Source: Trichinella spiralis
Taxonomy: Eukaryota
Reading direction: 5' to 3'
Assembly: GCF_000181795.1 (NCBI RefSeq)
Contig: NW_003526941.1
Coordinates: forward strand, 9,867,057-9,931,056
DNA length: 64,000 nucleotides
Shown: positions 37,711-52,015 of the stretch, in pieces
How positions within the stretch are numbered: the first letter of the stretch is position 1
Layout of the letters: each line of letters begins with the position of its first letter
Notes under the pieces: generated by a model
Seen by the model: only the letters and a program-made list of their open reading frames with translations
Databases searched by the model: none
What the model was told of the DNA's origin: nothing
Made by a program: the position numbers and the translations under genes

Positions 37711-40700
37711 ATGGAACAAGAGGTGGTCAAACAGCAGCCAAAGTCCAAATCAAGGCGACTTATAACAACAATTACCGTCACTGTTGTTGTAATTCTACTA
37801 CTATGCGTACTTGTTGGACTTGTAATTTATTTCATGAGCAGACCACTGCGACAACCGATGTCAGCTAATGCCAGATTACCCAAATCTGTCAAACCGAAGG
37901 AATATATATTGAAAGTTCAAGTTTATTATCCAAATTCTGCCACAACGTTGCCATCTGACAAATTGTTCAAGTTTGATGGAAATCTAACTGTCGAAATTGA
38001 ATGCATCAGCAGCACGAAAAATATAACGATGAACGTGGAAGAGATCGACATTATAGCATCCAGTTTGAAATTGATTGAAAAAGATACAAAGAAAACGATT
38101 GAATTTTCAAATCCACCATTTGAAATCGAAAATGTTGCCCAAATGGTGACATTTTATCCCACCTCTGAATTGGAACCCAATAAGAGATATTTTCTGTCGA
38201 TGAGCTACACTGGCAAATTAGCTGACGATTTGCAAGGCTTTTATCGTGCAAATTATACTGTAGAAAATGATAACAGGTAGCAGCAGATTGTTTTCTTTTT
38301 CATTTACGGCAAACTTCATTCAATTGATACTTATCCCAGTGGATCATTTTTATTGATATATTTTATATTTTTAATTTTATGACAAAAAATCTTCCACTTT
38401 ACTTAAACACTTGTTCATTCAGATCAACTGATTTTAAATGACTACATTGATTTTTTTTAACACGTTACTCTAAAACGGTATTTTTAACTTACTTAATTGA
38501 TTTTAATTTATACAAACAAATTCTAAACATTTATTCTATAAATTAAAAAAAATTAAATATCATAATTATCAACTTCAAAAAAAGTGTCCATGTCTGCATG
38601 TATAAATTGTAGATGGATTCTGGTTACCCAGTTTGAACCTACGGATGCAAGACGGGCTCTTCCTTGTTTTGATGAACCTGAATTCAAGTCTGTTTTTACT
38701 TTAACTGTAATACATCCAGTCAACACAACAGCTTTGTCAAATATGCCTGCTGTGTATACCAAGATTATTCGGTAAGATTATACAAATAAATATATGTAAC
38801 ATTAAAATAAAATAGAAACAATTGCTAAATCAGTAAAACAGAAAAATGAAGTTCAGTACGGGCAGTGTTTAACAATTTATTATTGTCGAAAATTTTTCAA
38901 ATATATAAATTTTTGACAAGAGAATGGCAAGGTAACTAGATGCCAGTGTTCTGTAAAATAGGCTTAGATGTCACTAAAAAATGGACAAGAAAGAGCATTT
39001 ACTTCACTTTACTTTTGCACATGAGAAAATTTTAAAAAATTCTGAAAATGATTGAATTTTTTTGATTAATTAAAAGAGTTAAGAGAAACTCAGTGAAGTA
39101 ATAATTTACCCTTAGATGGGCTTTTTTACTTCAACATGTTTTAAGTAATTGTATCTCTCTTCACATCAGCTTGTATGAATTGTGGCTTCAGGAATACTCT
39201 TTTGAAACAGTGATAAGTATTATTTAAAAATATTTTTTAATTTAATTAAGTTCATTAAAAGTCATGATGATTAAAACTTAAATGGGCCAACAGTTTTCTG
39301 CTTTGATGTATGTAATTTTTATCTGAAATCAATTCGTTTTTCTGTATTACCCTACCAACATGTTAAATGAGTAAATTCCAAATACATTTACGTGTTAGAA
39401 TATTTAAAATATAATGAATAATCCATATTCGACATGAAAACAACTTTTAGTTAGGTTTATTTCCTGTCATTACTAGGATTCCTAAAATGTACTATGAGAT
39501 TTCTGTCACATAAGAAGCTGGATCTGATGAATAGCATCTATTGACTTATTTGATATCAAAAATCCGAAGAGCAGGAAATAGTTGTCCTATGCAGTTGATC
39601 AGTAATTTATACTTCTGCACTGATTTTCAACCTGTTCATCTACAACACTATTTTGGTGTTGTAACGCTGAAACATCATCTACCTTAACAGGAAAGATATA
39701 TGTCGTCAAACAACCGGGAGGAATGGCTTATATGAAAGTGAATGAGCGTTGTTGGCAACGCGTTTGGTTGCTCCTAGGTGCGGCTATGAGCGCAGTATAA
39801 TGACGGATAATTTTCAAACCAGTGTGGGTCTGGCAGAGGAACTTCTGGCATGAAATACAACTATAGTTGGGACACTGTCAAAAAATAAAGCAACCGCATC
39901 AGGAATAGCTGTCACACCAAAACATCAGCCTGGGTGATCTCTCTTCAGTTTTGATAGAAATCTTACACTAGTAAGTAACATACCAAAAAATCAATGTGTC
40001 CTGTTGTTATCCACCATGCATCATAATATAAAGGTCTTTCCGGAAGACAAAAAACAAAAAAAGTCTAGTGTAGACAGTTTGGACCACCTATTATGGCTGT
40101 ACTCCTGAAAGCAGTAGAATCTTTGATGGTCCATGGTATTATTCTTGAATATGCTCGATGTCACAGTAGTGGCTGCGAATCTAATATGGACAGATAAACA
40201 TCCTGAGTGAAATGCCAAAAGATCACATCGCAGATGGCTATTTCAGTTGGAGTGCAGTAGAAATTTTACAGTAAATGTTCTGAACCGGAATATATACACT
40301 TTGAAATTTGTCCGGGCTTATTAAAAAAGACATTACAGGCACTTACAATTAACATCAACACCTCATTATAAAGAATAATATAAAAGAAACCTATAAAAGA
40401 GAAACCAAAATGCAAACAGTGTTGGGTCTTCTTCAGTAGAGTCAAAGACAGAAAAGATTAAAAAATGCTGTGAATTACACAAAGCGCCGTGGTGTACAGT
40501 GCGCGTCCACAAAATCTGTCCCGACTTCTATCACAGCCCAGCAGCTCCAAATATAGGTTATTTTAAATTTAAAAGTTTAAATTACATCCATAAACAAATT
40601 TACATACAATATACAAAATATAATATATTACACATTATTTTTATTTCCACAACTAGGATTTAAGCTATTTGCCCAGTATTGTGCATACCTTTATAGGCTT

Positions 40701-43700
40701 CAGGGATGATTTCAGCGAGAAAATCGCTTAATATCAGTGTTTAATCAGTTTAAATTTACCGTTAGGCGAGATCTTGAATGTCACATTTATCCATATTAAG
40801 CATTAGGTTGTATTTATGAGTCATTTTCATACACTTTCCAAGTTATTACTAAGTTATTTGGTACCACACATCAGTGCATTCTTCATACATAGAATATATT
40901 ATCCATTATTCTTTGAAACTGATGAATGGAATCTGTCTGAACTGGTAGATGATTTAAAAATACGACATACACTGTGATGATACTAGACTTGATAAATTGT
41001 GACATTCCTAATCATATCTTCTAATCTGGGAAGTGGGTAGCTGTGAAGGAGTGTAATGGTATTCATTCTCTGCGAATAGCAGATAATCATGCATTTCCCT
41101 TGATTCCTACAACTATCTCGAGTGCTTGCGTCCTAACTAGACGACTGCAATTTGGATGTGTATCAAGTTCCTCAATGATGTCCATGATGACAGCAGAGTG
41201 GAATAAACTGTAATGATTAAACCTAAGAATGCAAAGTTTAGAATGTGCAACTATATAGTACAGTATCAACATACAGTATGATGAAACTGAGGTAGGAATT
41301 GAACTAAAGATTACTACTTACGTTACATTTTTTAAAATATTTGCATAAAATTAATTTTGAATTTGTAAACAGTAAACTAATCTAAACAGTAAACTTAATC
41401 TGATAACTTTTGTAACGGTTACGGTTGCGTTAGCAATTAAAAGAAAGTTAAAATCGAATGGAAAAAATAATGTAGGCGCCAATTCAAGAATGATAATTAC
41501 GTTGGCCGATTTAAAAAAGGAGAACGCCGTCTATCCAGCGGCACAAACATTTTCCTGTATATGCAGCGTGATTGTGGCGCTAAGTGTGTGTCAGAGCGAG
41601 TGTGAGTGAAGTGTGTGGTTAGCTTGTGTGTATGTATTGTTAGTGTTCGTACCTGTTTGTGAATAAACGTGAAAGACCAGAAATATGCCTCGCATGAATG
41701 ACCGACAGAAGTCTACAGTAACCCCGGATTTTATATTTTTCTATTTGATCTTATTGAAATAACAATTGCGTTAATGGTGCTGTATTTCAGATAAGTAAAG
41801 AAAGTCGATGTATAAGCATTTGAAAAGAATCAATGCATTAAATTATCAAAATGACAATGTAATGATAACTGCGAAATTAAATAATACCTTGATTGTTCTG
41901 AATTTCTTCTTCTTGTGAGGAAGCCTCTTTTGCTGATCGGTTTTCTTGGAACGAAGTTAAATGCGAGTTAATTTCTAGTTGTGTTACAAGTTTTCCACAG
42001 TTGTGTATCAAATGTAAGCTTCTCCACGTACGAACATCTGACTGTTCGCTGTCTTCGTACTGTTGATATGACATGCCGGTCTTAGTGGATTTGACGTTGT
42101 AATTCTGTTGCTTATAAACGGTATTCTAGTAGATTTTCATTTGCTGTGTAAACCTACAATATTCAATAAATTATTCTTTCATACCGAATATGGTACAAAT
42201 GCAAACATTTACGCTTGATCTTACCTTATTTTTACTTCTACAAAAACACTTGGTTATAGACAAGTTTATTATAAACGAGAGTGTTCTGTTTTGGGTAGAG
42301 CCAATTTCCCCCAACGAACTCCGTCTACTTTTTCGCAGTAAATTTCATTGGTCGCTGCTCTGCACGCAACTAAATATCATTGAACTGAAATATGGTGTTC
42401 GCTTATGAATTTACATAGTGATTGTCCCCGACGTGTCCTGTTAGCTTAGGCAGTTAGAGTTAAGCAGTCCCTTCTCTCGGAAACCTAATCCCACCCTACT
42501 GACAATCAATGAAATTTAGATGAGAAAAAATAGGCGGGGTTCTTTGGGGGAAGTCGGTATTAGACCGTTCTATTTAAATATTGCCTCCAGACTCTCCATT
42601 TTTATACAGTATTATTTTGGTATGCAGGGTCTAACTTAAATGTAAAATACTTTTGTCATTAAAATTTGTACCTGTGCATTTAATGCATTACATTTATGTT
42701 TTAGAGATGCTTGGATTGAGACTTCCTTTCAACCTAGCGTTCAAATGTCATCATATTTATTTGCTATAGCTGTAATCGACTTCCCTTATCAAGAAAGTTA
42801 TGATTCCGACAAAAAAGTAGATAATTTATCACCAATTAACAACAATCTAAAAAATTTTATTGAAATGTTTCTCTGAAGTTGAAGTTTAGAATTTGGACTC
42901 GTGAATCTCTTATGGACCAAATTGATTTTGCACTCTACGCTGGACCAAAAGTTTTAAATTATTTTGCAGAAAAGTTTGATTATCCTTTTCCTTTACCAAA
43001 GCAAGGTAAAATTTATTCTAATATTGCTTTGTTTCCATTACTTTTTTACAAGAATTTCTATTAATCTATTTTAATAACTATTTTACAAATCGATATGATA
43101 GCAGTTCTTTTAATTATTCTAAATTCGTAAATTGATTTTTGCAGATATGTTAGCTGTGCCAGATTTTGGACCCGGTGCTATGGAAAACTGGGGTTTGGTG
43201 ACGTACCGCGAAACGGCACTTTTGTACAAATCTCCTAAATTGGGTGGCGTGTCTCGATGCTTTTCAGTGATTGACAAGCTCAGAGTTGCTAGAATCATTG
43301 CTCATGAACTGGCACATCAGGTTTAACTTGCTAATTATAATAATTTAATTTTTTATAAATAAATGGACAAACAGCTAGTTGGAAATTATTTGAGCAGTTT
43401 GTTTTTATAGTGGTTTGGAAATCTGGTGACAATGTTATGGTGGGATAGCGTTTGGTTAAATGAAGGTTTTGCAGATTTTGTCGGCTTTTTAGGAACCCAA
43501 CATATATTACAAGAGTGGCCTAATGTATTGGTAATTGGATATTTTTTTCCTGTCTAAATGCATAATATTTTCATGTTTTAAGTGTTCATATTTATTCATT
43601 TAAGTTTCATTCAGGAGCAACAGTTTATCTTTGAGCAGATTCAAATGGCAATGGCCAAAGATCAGGAACCACAGTCACCGCCCATTCATCGGTCATCAGC

Positions 43701-46174
43701 TCAGACAGATTTATTTACATATTTTGACTACATCACTTACAAAAAGGTTTCACATATTATCTCTTTACTGTAAATGAAGAATAATGTTTTTTGGATTTAG
43801 GGCGCGTCTATAATTCGCATGCTTGAATATGTGATGAAAAACGATTTTTGGGTGGGTCTCAAGGTATGGCATTTTTTAAGTAGTTTCGTGCTTTGTTGCA
43901 AACTAACACTTACATTTTAGATCTACTTCAAAACAATGGCTGAGATGAATGCCAGAGAGGAAGATTTATGGGCTGCTTTTGATAAGGCATAAAGTTTACT
44001 TTTGATTTCTTGAAATGTATCATACATAAATATTGTAAAACTATCAATTACTTCCTTATCTAACAGTGCTTTTTCTAATTCGAGGCGTATTGTTTTTTGT
44101 TTAAGGCAGTCATGGAGTCAGAATCACCTTCAGTTGGATGGGATTCAAACAAATTTAACGTTTCTATTTTCATGGATTCGTGGGTAAACGCAGCTGGTTT
44201 TCCTGTCATTGCTGTCAATCGAATAAACGGTTCTCACGTTCAGTTGTCACAATCTCGATTTATTGTAAATTTAACAGGTAATTTGAAATAATTTAAACAA
44301 TTTAAATATTAAATATTGTCAATTTGAAATTATTTAGAAGATAATGCGCCAAAAGTTTCAGCGAATGTCAGTCAACAATGGTATATACCATTGTGGTACA
44401 AAACTTGCACTAATAAGGAAATCACATCATTGTTATGGCTGCAGCCTAACAGCACAGGTATTCATATATATATATATATATGGGCAGTTCTGTTTTACTT
44501 CATTTTATTATTTTGCTTTAGAAGTGAATCAATTAATAGTTTATTCTTTTTTCAGTAATATTGGCCATTGAGGACAATTGCTGGCTAATGTTCAATGCAG
44601 AAGTGCGCAGTTTTGCTCGGCTACACTACGACGATGCTACATGGCAGCGGCTTCTTTCTGGATGGTCATCGGTAAAGCAATTAAAAATTCATAATATAAC
44701 ATAATATAATGTAATGTAATATTAATGTTTTATTTTTTATTATTAAGTTGTTGAATTCAGTTTTAAATTTATCAACATGAACTTTCTGAAATTTCATTTG
44801 TTAACAGGACATTCTTAGTATCGAGCGTTCTCAGCTAATCAGTGACGCATTTAATCTGGCATTGTGAGTGACGAATCTACTCTTTAATTTATTAATCAGA
44901 TTAAAATGTTTATGTTTAATTTTTTTCGTAGAATTGGTAGTGTGAATTATTCACGTCCACTGGAATTGGTTCAACGTTTACCAGATGAAGTCGATGCTGT
45001 TCCTTGGAAATCAGCTTTCATTGGGCTAAATTATTTGCAAGACATGCTATTTACTCATCCTGATGGTCACTTATTTTTTGTAAGTATTTTGATTTTTAAA
45101 TTAAAAACTTAAAGACTTTTTACTTTTTTCAGGAATATGTTCAAAAGATTCTCAATTCTGCATATAAAGCTGACTTGTGGAATAGAATTGAAGTTGATGA
45201 TTTTAAGTTGAGGTAAGACATTATTTAATAATTTCGATTGTTCGTTTGTTATCATCCAATTTGAACACGGTTTTAGCGTATTCAGTGGTAAAATTGTGGA
45301 AGAAGCGTGCGGTTGGAATGTTACTAGTTGTAGAGATGTGGCAATGGAAAAATTCAAAGAATTTATGGAAGATTGTCAGCTGTCTGATGACGGATCTTCA
45401 AAGTGTTCAAAGTGTGAATTTTTCATTAAATATTTTATTATATTAAAAAAAATATTCAATAAAAATTTTCAGGGTTCCTGCTTTGGCAAGAAGACGTGTT
45501 TATTGTACTGGAATTGAGCAGAAGCATGTTACTGATTTTGAGAAGCTGTGGTATCTGTGCAATCATGAATCGATTGCAATAGAGAAAGAGAATCTTCTAT
45601 ACGGGTTGAGCTGCTCTAAAGATTCTGATTTGTTGCTCCGGTAGGTTAGCCTTTGTGCTTGTTTTTCTTTGCATTATTACTATTTTAGATTGCTCAACGC
45701 CTCTTTGCAGCTAGATAAGCCGTGCATTAGACGTCAAGATGTTGGGACGTTGTTTAAATTTTTAGGCAACAATCCGGTAGCTCGGCAAATTATGTGGAAG
45801 CATATGAAAAGCCGATGGTCTGAATAGTAAGTTTTACAATCAGTTCAATTAGCAGTTGGTGTTTTTTTTCTCTATTTTTTTAGTATTAAGAAAAAATTGA
45901 AGCAGCCTTTGAAAACAATGACTACGGAAGCTGTACGTACTTTTAACACAGCTGCTGAATTGGAAGAGGTTGTTTAAATTTTAATGATATTTAAAATTTT
46001 GTTCAAAAAATCATTTATTTTCAGTTAAATCATTTTGTCAATGAAGTAGATGGCGATGACAACAAAGAGATATTTAATAATGCGGTAAAAATGGTTGCAA
46101 TTAACGTACATTGGCGTAACAGTTATGCGGAATCTGTGATCGATTTTGTTCAACAAGCTTTGCTACGACCATGA
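37711..46174 (+). CDS. M1 family zinc aminopeptidase (aminopeptidase N-like), type II membrane protein, multi-exon
   Basis: N-terminal TM anchor, then [39 protein letters not shown]...[18 protein letters not shown], and ERAP1-like C-terminal exons ending QALLRP*. Confidence 0.95.
39500..40540 (+). mobile_element. Decayed piggyBac transposase inside the aminopeptidase intron
   Basis: Fragments [41 protein letters not shown] and [11 protein letters not shown], interrupted by many stops and frameshifts. Boundaries are approximate. Confidence 0.75.
41411..41735 (+). mobile_element. Solo LTR of the same family as 9846-10194
   Basis: Shares blocks TATCCAGCGGCACAAACATTTT and AATAAACGT.AAAGACCAGAAATATG; starts TGTAA; no PBS follows. 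Confidence 0.75.
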
Positions 46175-46942
46175 CTGCTTGCTACGACCTTTTTTTTTGG
46201 AAAATATCCCTTCTCCATGATATATTTAGCTAAACTTTGAAAGCTGCTTTATAATATTTTATCATTTATTTTTAATATACACTATTCATATGACATTAGA
46301 AATTAATATATGGAAAAAAAGAGAGAAACCAGTGATTTTACAAAAAATACTATATAATTTAAACTGCGTACGCAACCTGCTGTAATGGTTGATTTTTTCT
46401 TTCGTTAATAAACAAAGAATAATTGGCATGATAAAATTGAAAAAATAAACCTTTTTTTAAAAACTGAATTATGTTTACAAATAAAAATTAGTGATGGGCA
46501 AGTTTTAGCAACTTTAATACTGAATTGAACAAGTGAGTGAAATGTTTTTCAAAAAATTTACAGTAGAACTTTTCATTTTAGTATATTTTGAGGTTTCTTC
46601 AAATTAGTAAAAAATTAATAAAATTGCATGCATTGCGCAATAATTGAAAAATCAGAAATAAATGTGTCATTAAACTGTTGACATTCAAAAATGAAAATGC
46701 ATTTGCATTGAATGTAGGAGATAATAAAACTTTTGCTTCTTTCGCAGTATTCTTCTTGCTTATGATTGAGCAATAAAAATGTTTAATACAATATTAAAGA
46801 TTTATATAACTTATTAATAAAATGATTTTATTTGAAAATTTTTTCAGTCAACAATTCTTATTACTTGCATGTTTAATTCATACTGTATTTGAGTTAACGC
46901 GCTTGCGGTGATTGTGGAATTCAGCATCGGGTTAATTTGGAA

Positions 46943-47110
46943 ATGGAAAGTGGTCGAAAAATTCGATTTTCAAATAGGCAAGATTATGAAAAGGAGCGAG
47001 GCCGTGTTTTGACTATGAAATATGGCAAACAGCAGATGATGCTAATCCGAAAACGTCTTCGCGTAGAAATGTGGCTGTTAGAAAATTTAGAACCTCTTTG
47101 CGATCTTGAA
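46943..47110 (+). CDS. PPP1R14: PPP1R14 (CPI-17/PHI-1) family PP1 inhibitor, exon 1
   Basis: MESGRKIRFS...RVLTMKYGKQQMMLIRKRLRVEMWL (cf. CPI-17 RVTVKY...RRLDVEKWI). The phase-0 GT donor at 47111 is compatible with the exon at 2055. Confidence 0.85.
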
Positions 47111-47259
47111 GTATGAATATATACATATATATATATATATTTATTTATTTATTTATTGTTTAAGTTTTTAAAATATCATCCATTTACTTTTGCTCGTATT
47201 TTTTTTGCATACTGCATTTAAACCTTTGAACAAATACAGCCTGTAGAGTTGTTTTCAAG

Positions 47260-47886
47260 TTCTAGATGAAGATTAATTGATGGATTGGGTTTAGTTTGAT
47301 CTCTCTTTTTTGTCGTGTTAAGAAATATATTATTTTAAAAAAAAACTGCCAACTGTGTTAGATATGTTTACAAATTTTATTCTTCGCCAAAGAAATTGTG
47401 AATTTATTTTTAACCATTCAGTGACGCAAGTTTAAAAAATGATCCTATTGCTATTTAAAATTTGCATGAGCCTTCCATTTCAATTTGTCAAAAGTGTTGA
47501 TTTGATGCGCTTTTACGAGTAATGTCATCGATGCGAATTATCAAAATCTTTCGACGCAGTGATTAATATTGATTGTGTTGAATCTTTTAGCCCACGTCCA
47601 ACATCTGATCTTTAGATGAGGATTGATTAGTAAAAAGCAGTTAATGCTTTTATTTTTAATAGTTTCAACAGCAACTTCGCATGAAAATTCGCCTAAAGTG
47701 CTTTTTAACCAATTTATCTGAATTATTGCCAATAAAGACAAGCATTCTTCAAAGTGTTTCTTATATGTATATTTTATCTCTTGAGCATCTTTTATCAAGG
47801 CTTTGGTGTTTGTCGTCCATCTATTTGAGAAGTTCAAGCTTGAACAGCAGCATCTATTTTTTCATTTGTAATAAATATATAACGAG
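47260..47886 (+). repeat. Second copy of 626-1251, preceded by the empty hAT target site
   Basis: Near-identical sequence; a single TTCTAGAT at 47260-47267 with no transposon in front. Confidence 0.95.
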
Positions 47887-50864
47887 NNNNNNNNNNTCCC
47901 ACCCCTCGGACGGACCAGATTGCCATTTCTGATCGCCGAAGACGTAGCTTCCGCACCAGATGGCGTGCGTTGCCAGGCAGATGTGAATCGTTACGCCTAC
48001 TAAGCCTTGCCGCTCATGCACATCGAATGCCGTCACACCTGATACTCAATATTAATGTACTGTCCTGCAGAACCAACTCATGTTTGCATACTTACCGTAT
48101 GATTTACAACTCATCATTATTGATTTAATGTATTATGCCTACTTATCTTTTCAAATGAACCTGACTACTGTAAGTAGCTGTTTTTTGCATTCAATTTAAA
48201 ACATTCTAATTAACTATTAAAAAACCCTGCTAAAATATGTAGTTACGAGTGACGTTATTATACCTAATTGGAAAATATTACGACCCACTTTTGTGTTTAC
48301 ACTGTATGTTAATCATTAATTAAAAAACTCTCACTGCTAAAATATGCAGTTACGAGTGACGTTATTTAGCCTAATTAAAAATTAGAATACTCAGTGTTGC
48401 ATTTACGTTGCATTTTTAACTTTCTAATTAGCATATTAAAATTAATCTCATATTTAATGCATTGTTTTCCTACACGTTGCGGATTAATAACATTCTATTT
48501 ATAGAAGATTACTTCCTATTTATAAAATGATTAAACTCGTTGCACCTTGTCTAAGCTAATTGTTTAATTTATTTCAAGTTTATTTTTGCCATTACCTAAT
48601 TAAAGGAGACCCCGATTAATATTTTTATAAGTAAAAAATTTATATTTAAACAATGGCTAATTCACCAATAATTAATAAATAAAATTAAGCTAATTTAAGG
48701 TTTACTATTAAGTAACCTATCCAATCATAACAATATAGCAGAATACAGAGTGTCACAATTTGTCTCCTATTCCGCAATTTATAAATATAATTCATGAATT
48801 CCATGAAAATTTATAAGTAGCATGATAAAAGAATTATCAAAATTCAGTATATTAACCTTTTGTTAATTAAGTTTGTATACATTCCACAATGAAGTGTTGA
48901 TGTTGTGATAATGGTTAACCAATGAATTATGATTTTGCGCAGTAAATTTGAATTTGAAACAGTTTTGCATACTGCGTTTTTTTAAATAGAGAAAGCTTTC
49001 TAAGACAGAAAGATTTTCATAAATAGCTTTTTTTAAATAAAGCTGCAGTAACATTTGTAACATGATTATATGTGTTCAACTTCCTGTTCAGTCTGTTCAC
49101 ATGATGTCAACTTCTATTACAATATCACAACAATAAAGAATATCACAACACTAGATATGCAGTTGTATCTTCCATTCTCATATATCAAACTCCTCGTTCA
49201 CGATTCGAATATATCGCACCACGATGAAAGATTACAACGGACCAAATTACAACAACCAAAGAATCTAAGCAACAACAATCAACACAGGAAAAGAAAACTA
49301 ATTTTACCTAATAAATGGAAACCAGAGATATAAATCAAAAATAATCTGAAGAAACAACAACAGTCAAAGAATCTGAACGATTTCTTTTGAATAAGGGTGA
49401 ACATTACACTGTAGGAATTTCTGGCAGTCATGTATAATTACTAACACCTTTGTTGAAGGAAGTTCTCCCCTTTTTGAAAATATCCCGTTAATTTCTCTGG
49501 CGCAGATTTGTTGAATACTCCATTAAATGAATAGAATTCATTAACTTTTGTAGGTATACTGGTTATGCTTGAAAAACTTGAAGAAAATATTTCGCTTTAT
49601 CACCTGAAGCATTTGCTAACATTGACACGGCTGCAGAAGATTCTTTGCCTTCCGTCACCTGTACGAAATGGAGAAATTAAAAAAGGTTTTGCTTTGAAGA
49701 TTTATTCAACTTTGAACTATCCATTTGATGTTGCAGACATAATAATCGGTCCTCATAGCTTAACCGCAATAGCGATACAAAATGTTTGTGAATGCTGTAT
49801 TCAGCTGTAATATGAAAAAATAACACAATGAAAGTGATGGTATCCGCTGAGAATGAGATTTCAAGTTCAAACTTTGAAAAGCGTTTCAATGCATTAATTG
49901 CTTACATGAAATCTATCCGTTTGATGAAGACTTTGTGGGAGCAGTTCAACATGCAGATTCAATTTTGGGAACGTCAAATGGAAGTTATTTTCAATAGTTT
50001 TTTAATTATTTCCAGCCAACGAGTGTCATAGTATGATGCTTCCGTTGCTATTTTCTGTAAAAACTTAAAAAGTACATGCCGCCAAATGCAGAGAATACAC
50101 CCAAGCGTTATGTAAATTTAAAACCTGTGATGAGTTAAAACAACGGGCCTTAGAAGATCCGATGTTTCAAAAGCGACTGAGGAAATTGATTTTCTATTTC
50201 TGATCTTTAGAGCAGAATCTACTATTAAATATCAGTAGTTTGTAGATCAGTTTTTTACAGTTTCTAATGTTGACATTATAAGAAAAAATGCTGATTTTAG
50301 TTGTTTCACTTCTCAATGTGATGGTACTGTGGTCATTTTGGGCGTACAATGTTGTTCGTTAAATTTTGTACTTGATTAGACACACACAAACCGAGCAAAT
50401 GAAGTTAAATATGGAGCTTTATTATATTTACAATGGAAATGTATAATTCTTGTTAACGCAAAAGCAAAGTTATAATAAAAAATTTTTTAGCATTAAAAGA
50501 AATATACACTATTCCACTTTATCACTTTCAACGATTGCGTTTTCAGAAGAAAATGCTAGTTTGACTTTCATGTTGGAGACAGGTTTAATTTTCAGCACAC
50601 TGGTCACATCACCAGTTTGGGAAGAATGCAAAGGAAACGACTGTGAGAGTGCACTTCCAGGCACAACCGATTCACGAGCAATTTTTTCATTGTTGACCGC
50701 ATTGCATGATGCTGTTGGAAAGTTGAAAAGTACGTTGTTGGATCTTGGGGCGTTGACCACATTAAGAAAACACGTGTAAAATGCTTAAAATGTTCCTTTT
50801 TTAAAATTTGCTATAATAGATAGTATGAAAAATGTTGTATATGCTGGACTTAAAATATTTTCGA

Positions 50865-51535
50865 TTTAACTCACTCGATCGTTTTCTTAACTGACCATAC
50901 TCGGTTGGCCAAGAAGAACCCAAACCTACAGTCCACTCTCTCCCCGCGCCTGTCAAACTAGCTTGACAGGCCTTCGAACCTGAGCATCGCAGGCGTACAG
51001 AACTCCCCACCGGTTCGTACGTGAAAAGACCGAAGGTGGGCAAGGCAAAACAACAAAAGCAGCCCAGAAAGTTCAATGAGCAAAGAAAAAATAGCACCTT
51101 AGCGAATCTGCGGTCACCTGTTGTGTAGCCAATACATTTGATACATTTAAATGGGACCGTTCTACGGGTCTGTTATAATGCCAATTTTTGGCCTGGATTT
51201 CTCCAGTTCGCCGAAATTTGACGCAGTGGATACTCCTGCATTTTCCACATCGAAAGGAGTTTCGCAGGAACGCATGTTGACATCTAGTTATGCGAAAAAA
51301 TCAGATGTGTTGCGCTATTTGATGGATGACTGCTGATTCGATTCTTGAATGAATAATAACTGAAAGAATAAATGTACGAATCGGTGGGGGGTTCAGTAAG
51401 CCTGCGATGCTCAGGTTCGAAGGCCTGTCAAGCTAGTTTGACAGGCGCGGGGAGAGAGTGGACTGTAGGTTTGGGTTCTTCTTGGCCAACCATGTCAAAG
51501 TATGGTCAGTCAAAAAAACGATCGAGTGAGTTAAA
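50865..51535. repeat. ~160-bp inverted repeat (50865-51020 / 51374-51535) with a ~350-bp spacer
   Basis: The arms are reverse complements with few differences. Each contains the hairpin GCCTGTCAA-N6-TTGACAGGC. Confidence 0.9.
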
Positions 51536-52015
51536 CGCAAGCGGATCAAGCAACGCAAAGAATACACGTTCGTTTCTTCGACAAGAGGCAATCAGAGGAA
51601 CGTACTCAGTCGACAGCAGCAAACAGAGAGTTAATACGTATACAGGAACAAGCAACAGTACGGGAACTAATGATAAATCAAACGGCAAAGATCTCGACTA
51701 ACTTCGGTGTCTATATATATATGGCTATTCTTTGTCCGTCATCGCATAGGAAACGACATTGTTCATTCGCCACACAACGTTCGCCTACAATTATTTCAAA
51801 ATTTCAAGAGCAAATTAATATTAGTCACAAGAAAAGTCGCACAACGTTCATTTCTATCGATTAGCAAGCGATCGTACTTAATTTCGCAAATAAACATTAT
51901 TCAAGACAAGCTCAAACGTACATTGAAATTGCACACAAATTTGCATTCAAACCAGACAACGCCTATTTTCTTCAATTTCATTCTTCAATTTCTAAAAGCA
52001 AATCTTTCTCTGTAT

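Noticed and set aside
626..47886. A real 46.6-kb circular or excisable element bounded by direct repeats
   Set aside because: The repeat ends at an assembly gap, and the split eEF2K gene independently indicates contig mis-ordering.
48227..48380. Two ~43-bp direct repeats (CTGCTAAAATATG.AGTTACGAGTGACGTTATT)
   Set aside because: Only two copies next to a contig start, with no further structure to support a functional call.
49070..50780. Possible gene or pseudogene fragments (49565-50031 on +, 50509-50760 on -)
   Set aside because: I could not assemble a consistent spliced model or recognise a family.
51380..51430. tRNA gene suggested by GGTTCGAA
   Set aside because: No cloverleaf could be built and the A-to-B box spacing is too short.
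50801..51701. Two ORFs sharing LRCSGSKACQASLTGAGREW
   Set aside because: The shared peptide is simply the translation of the inverted repeat arms.
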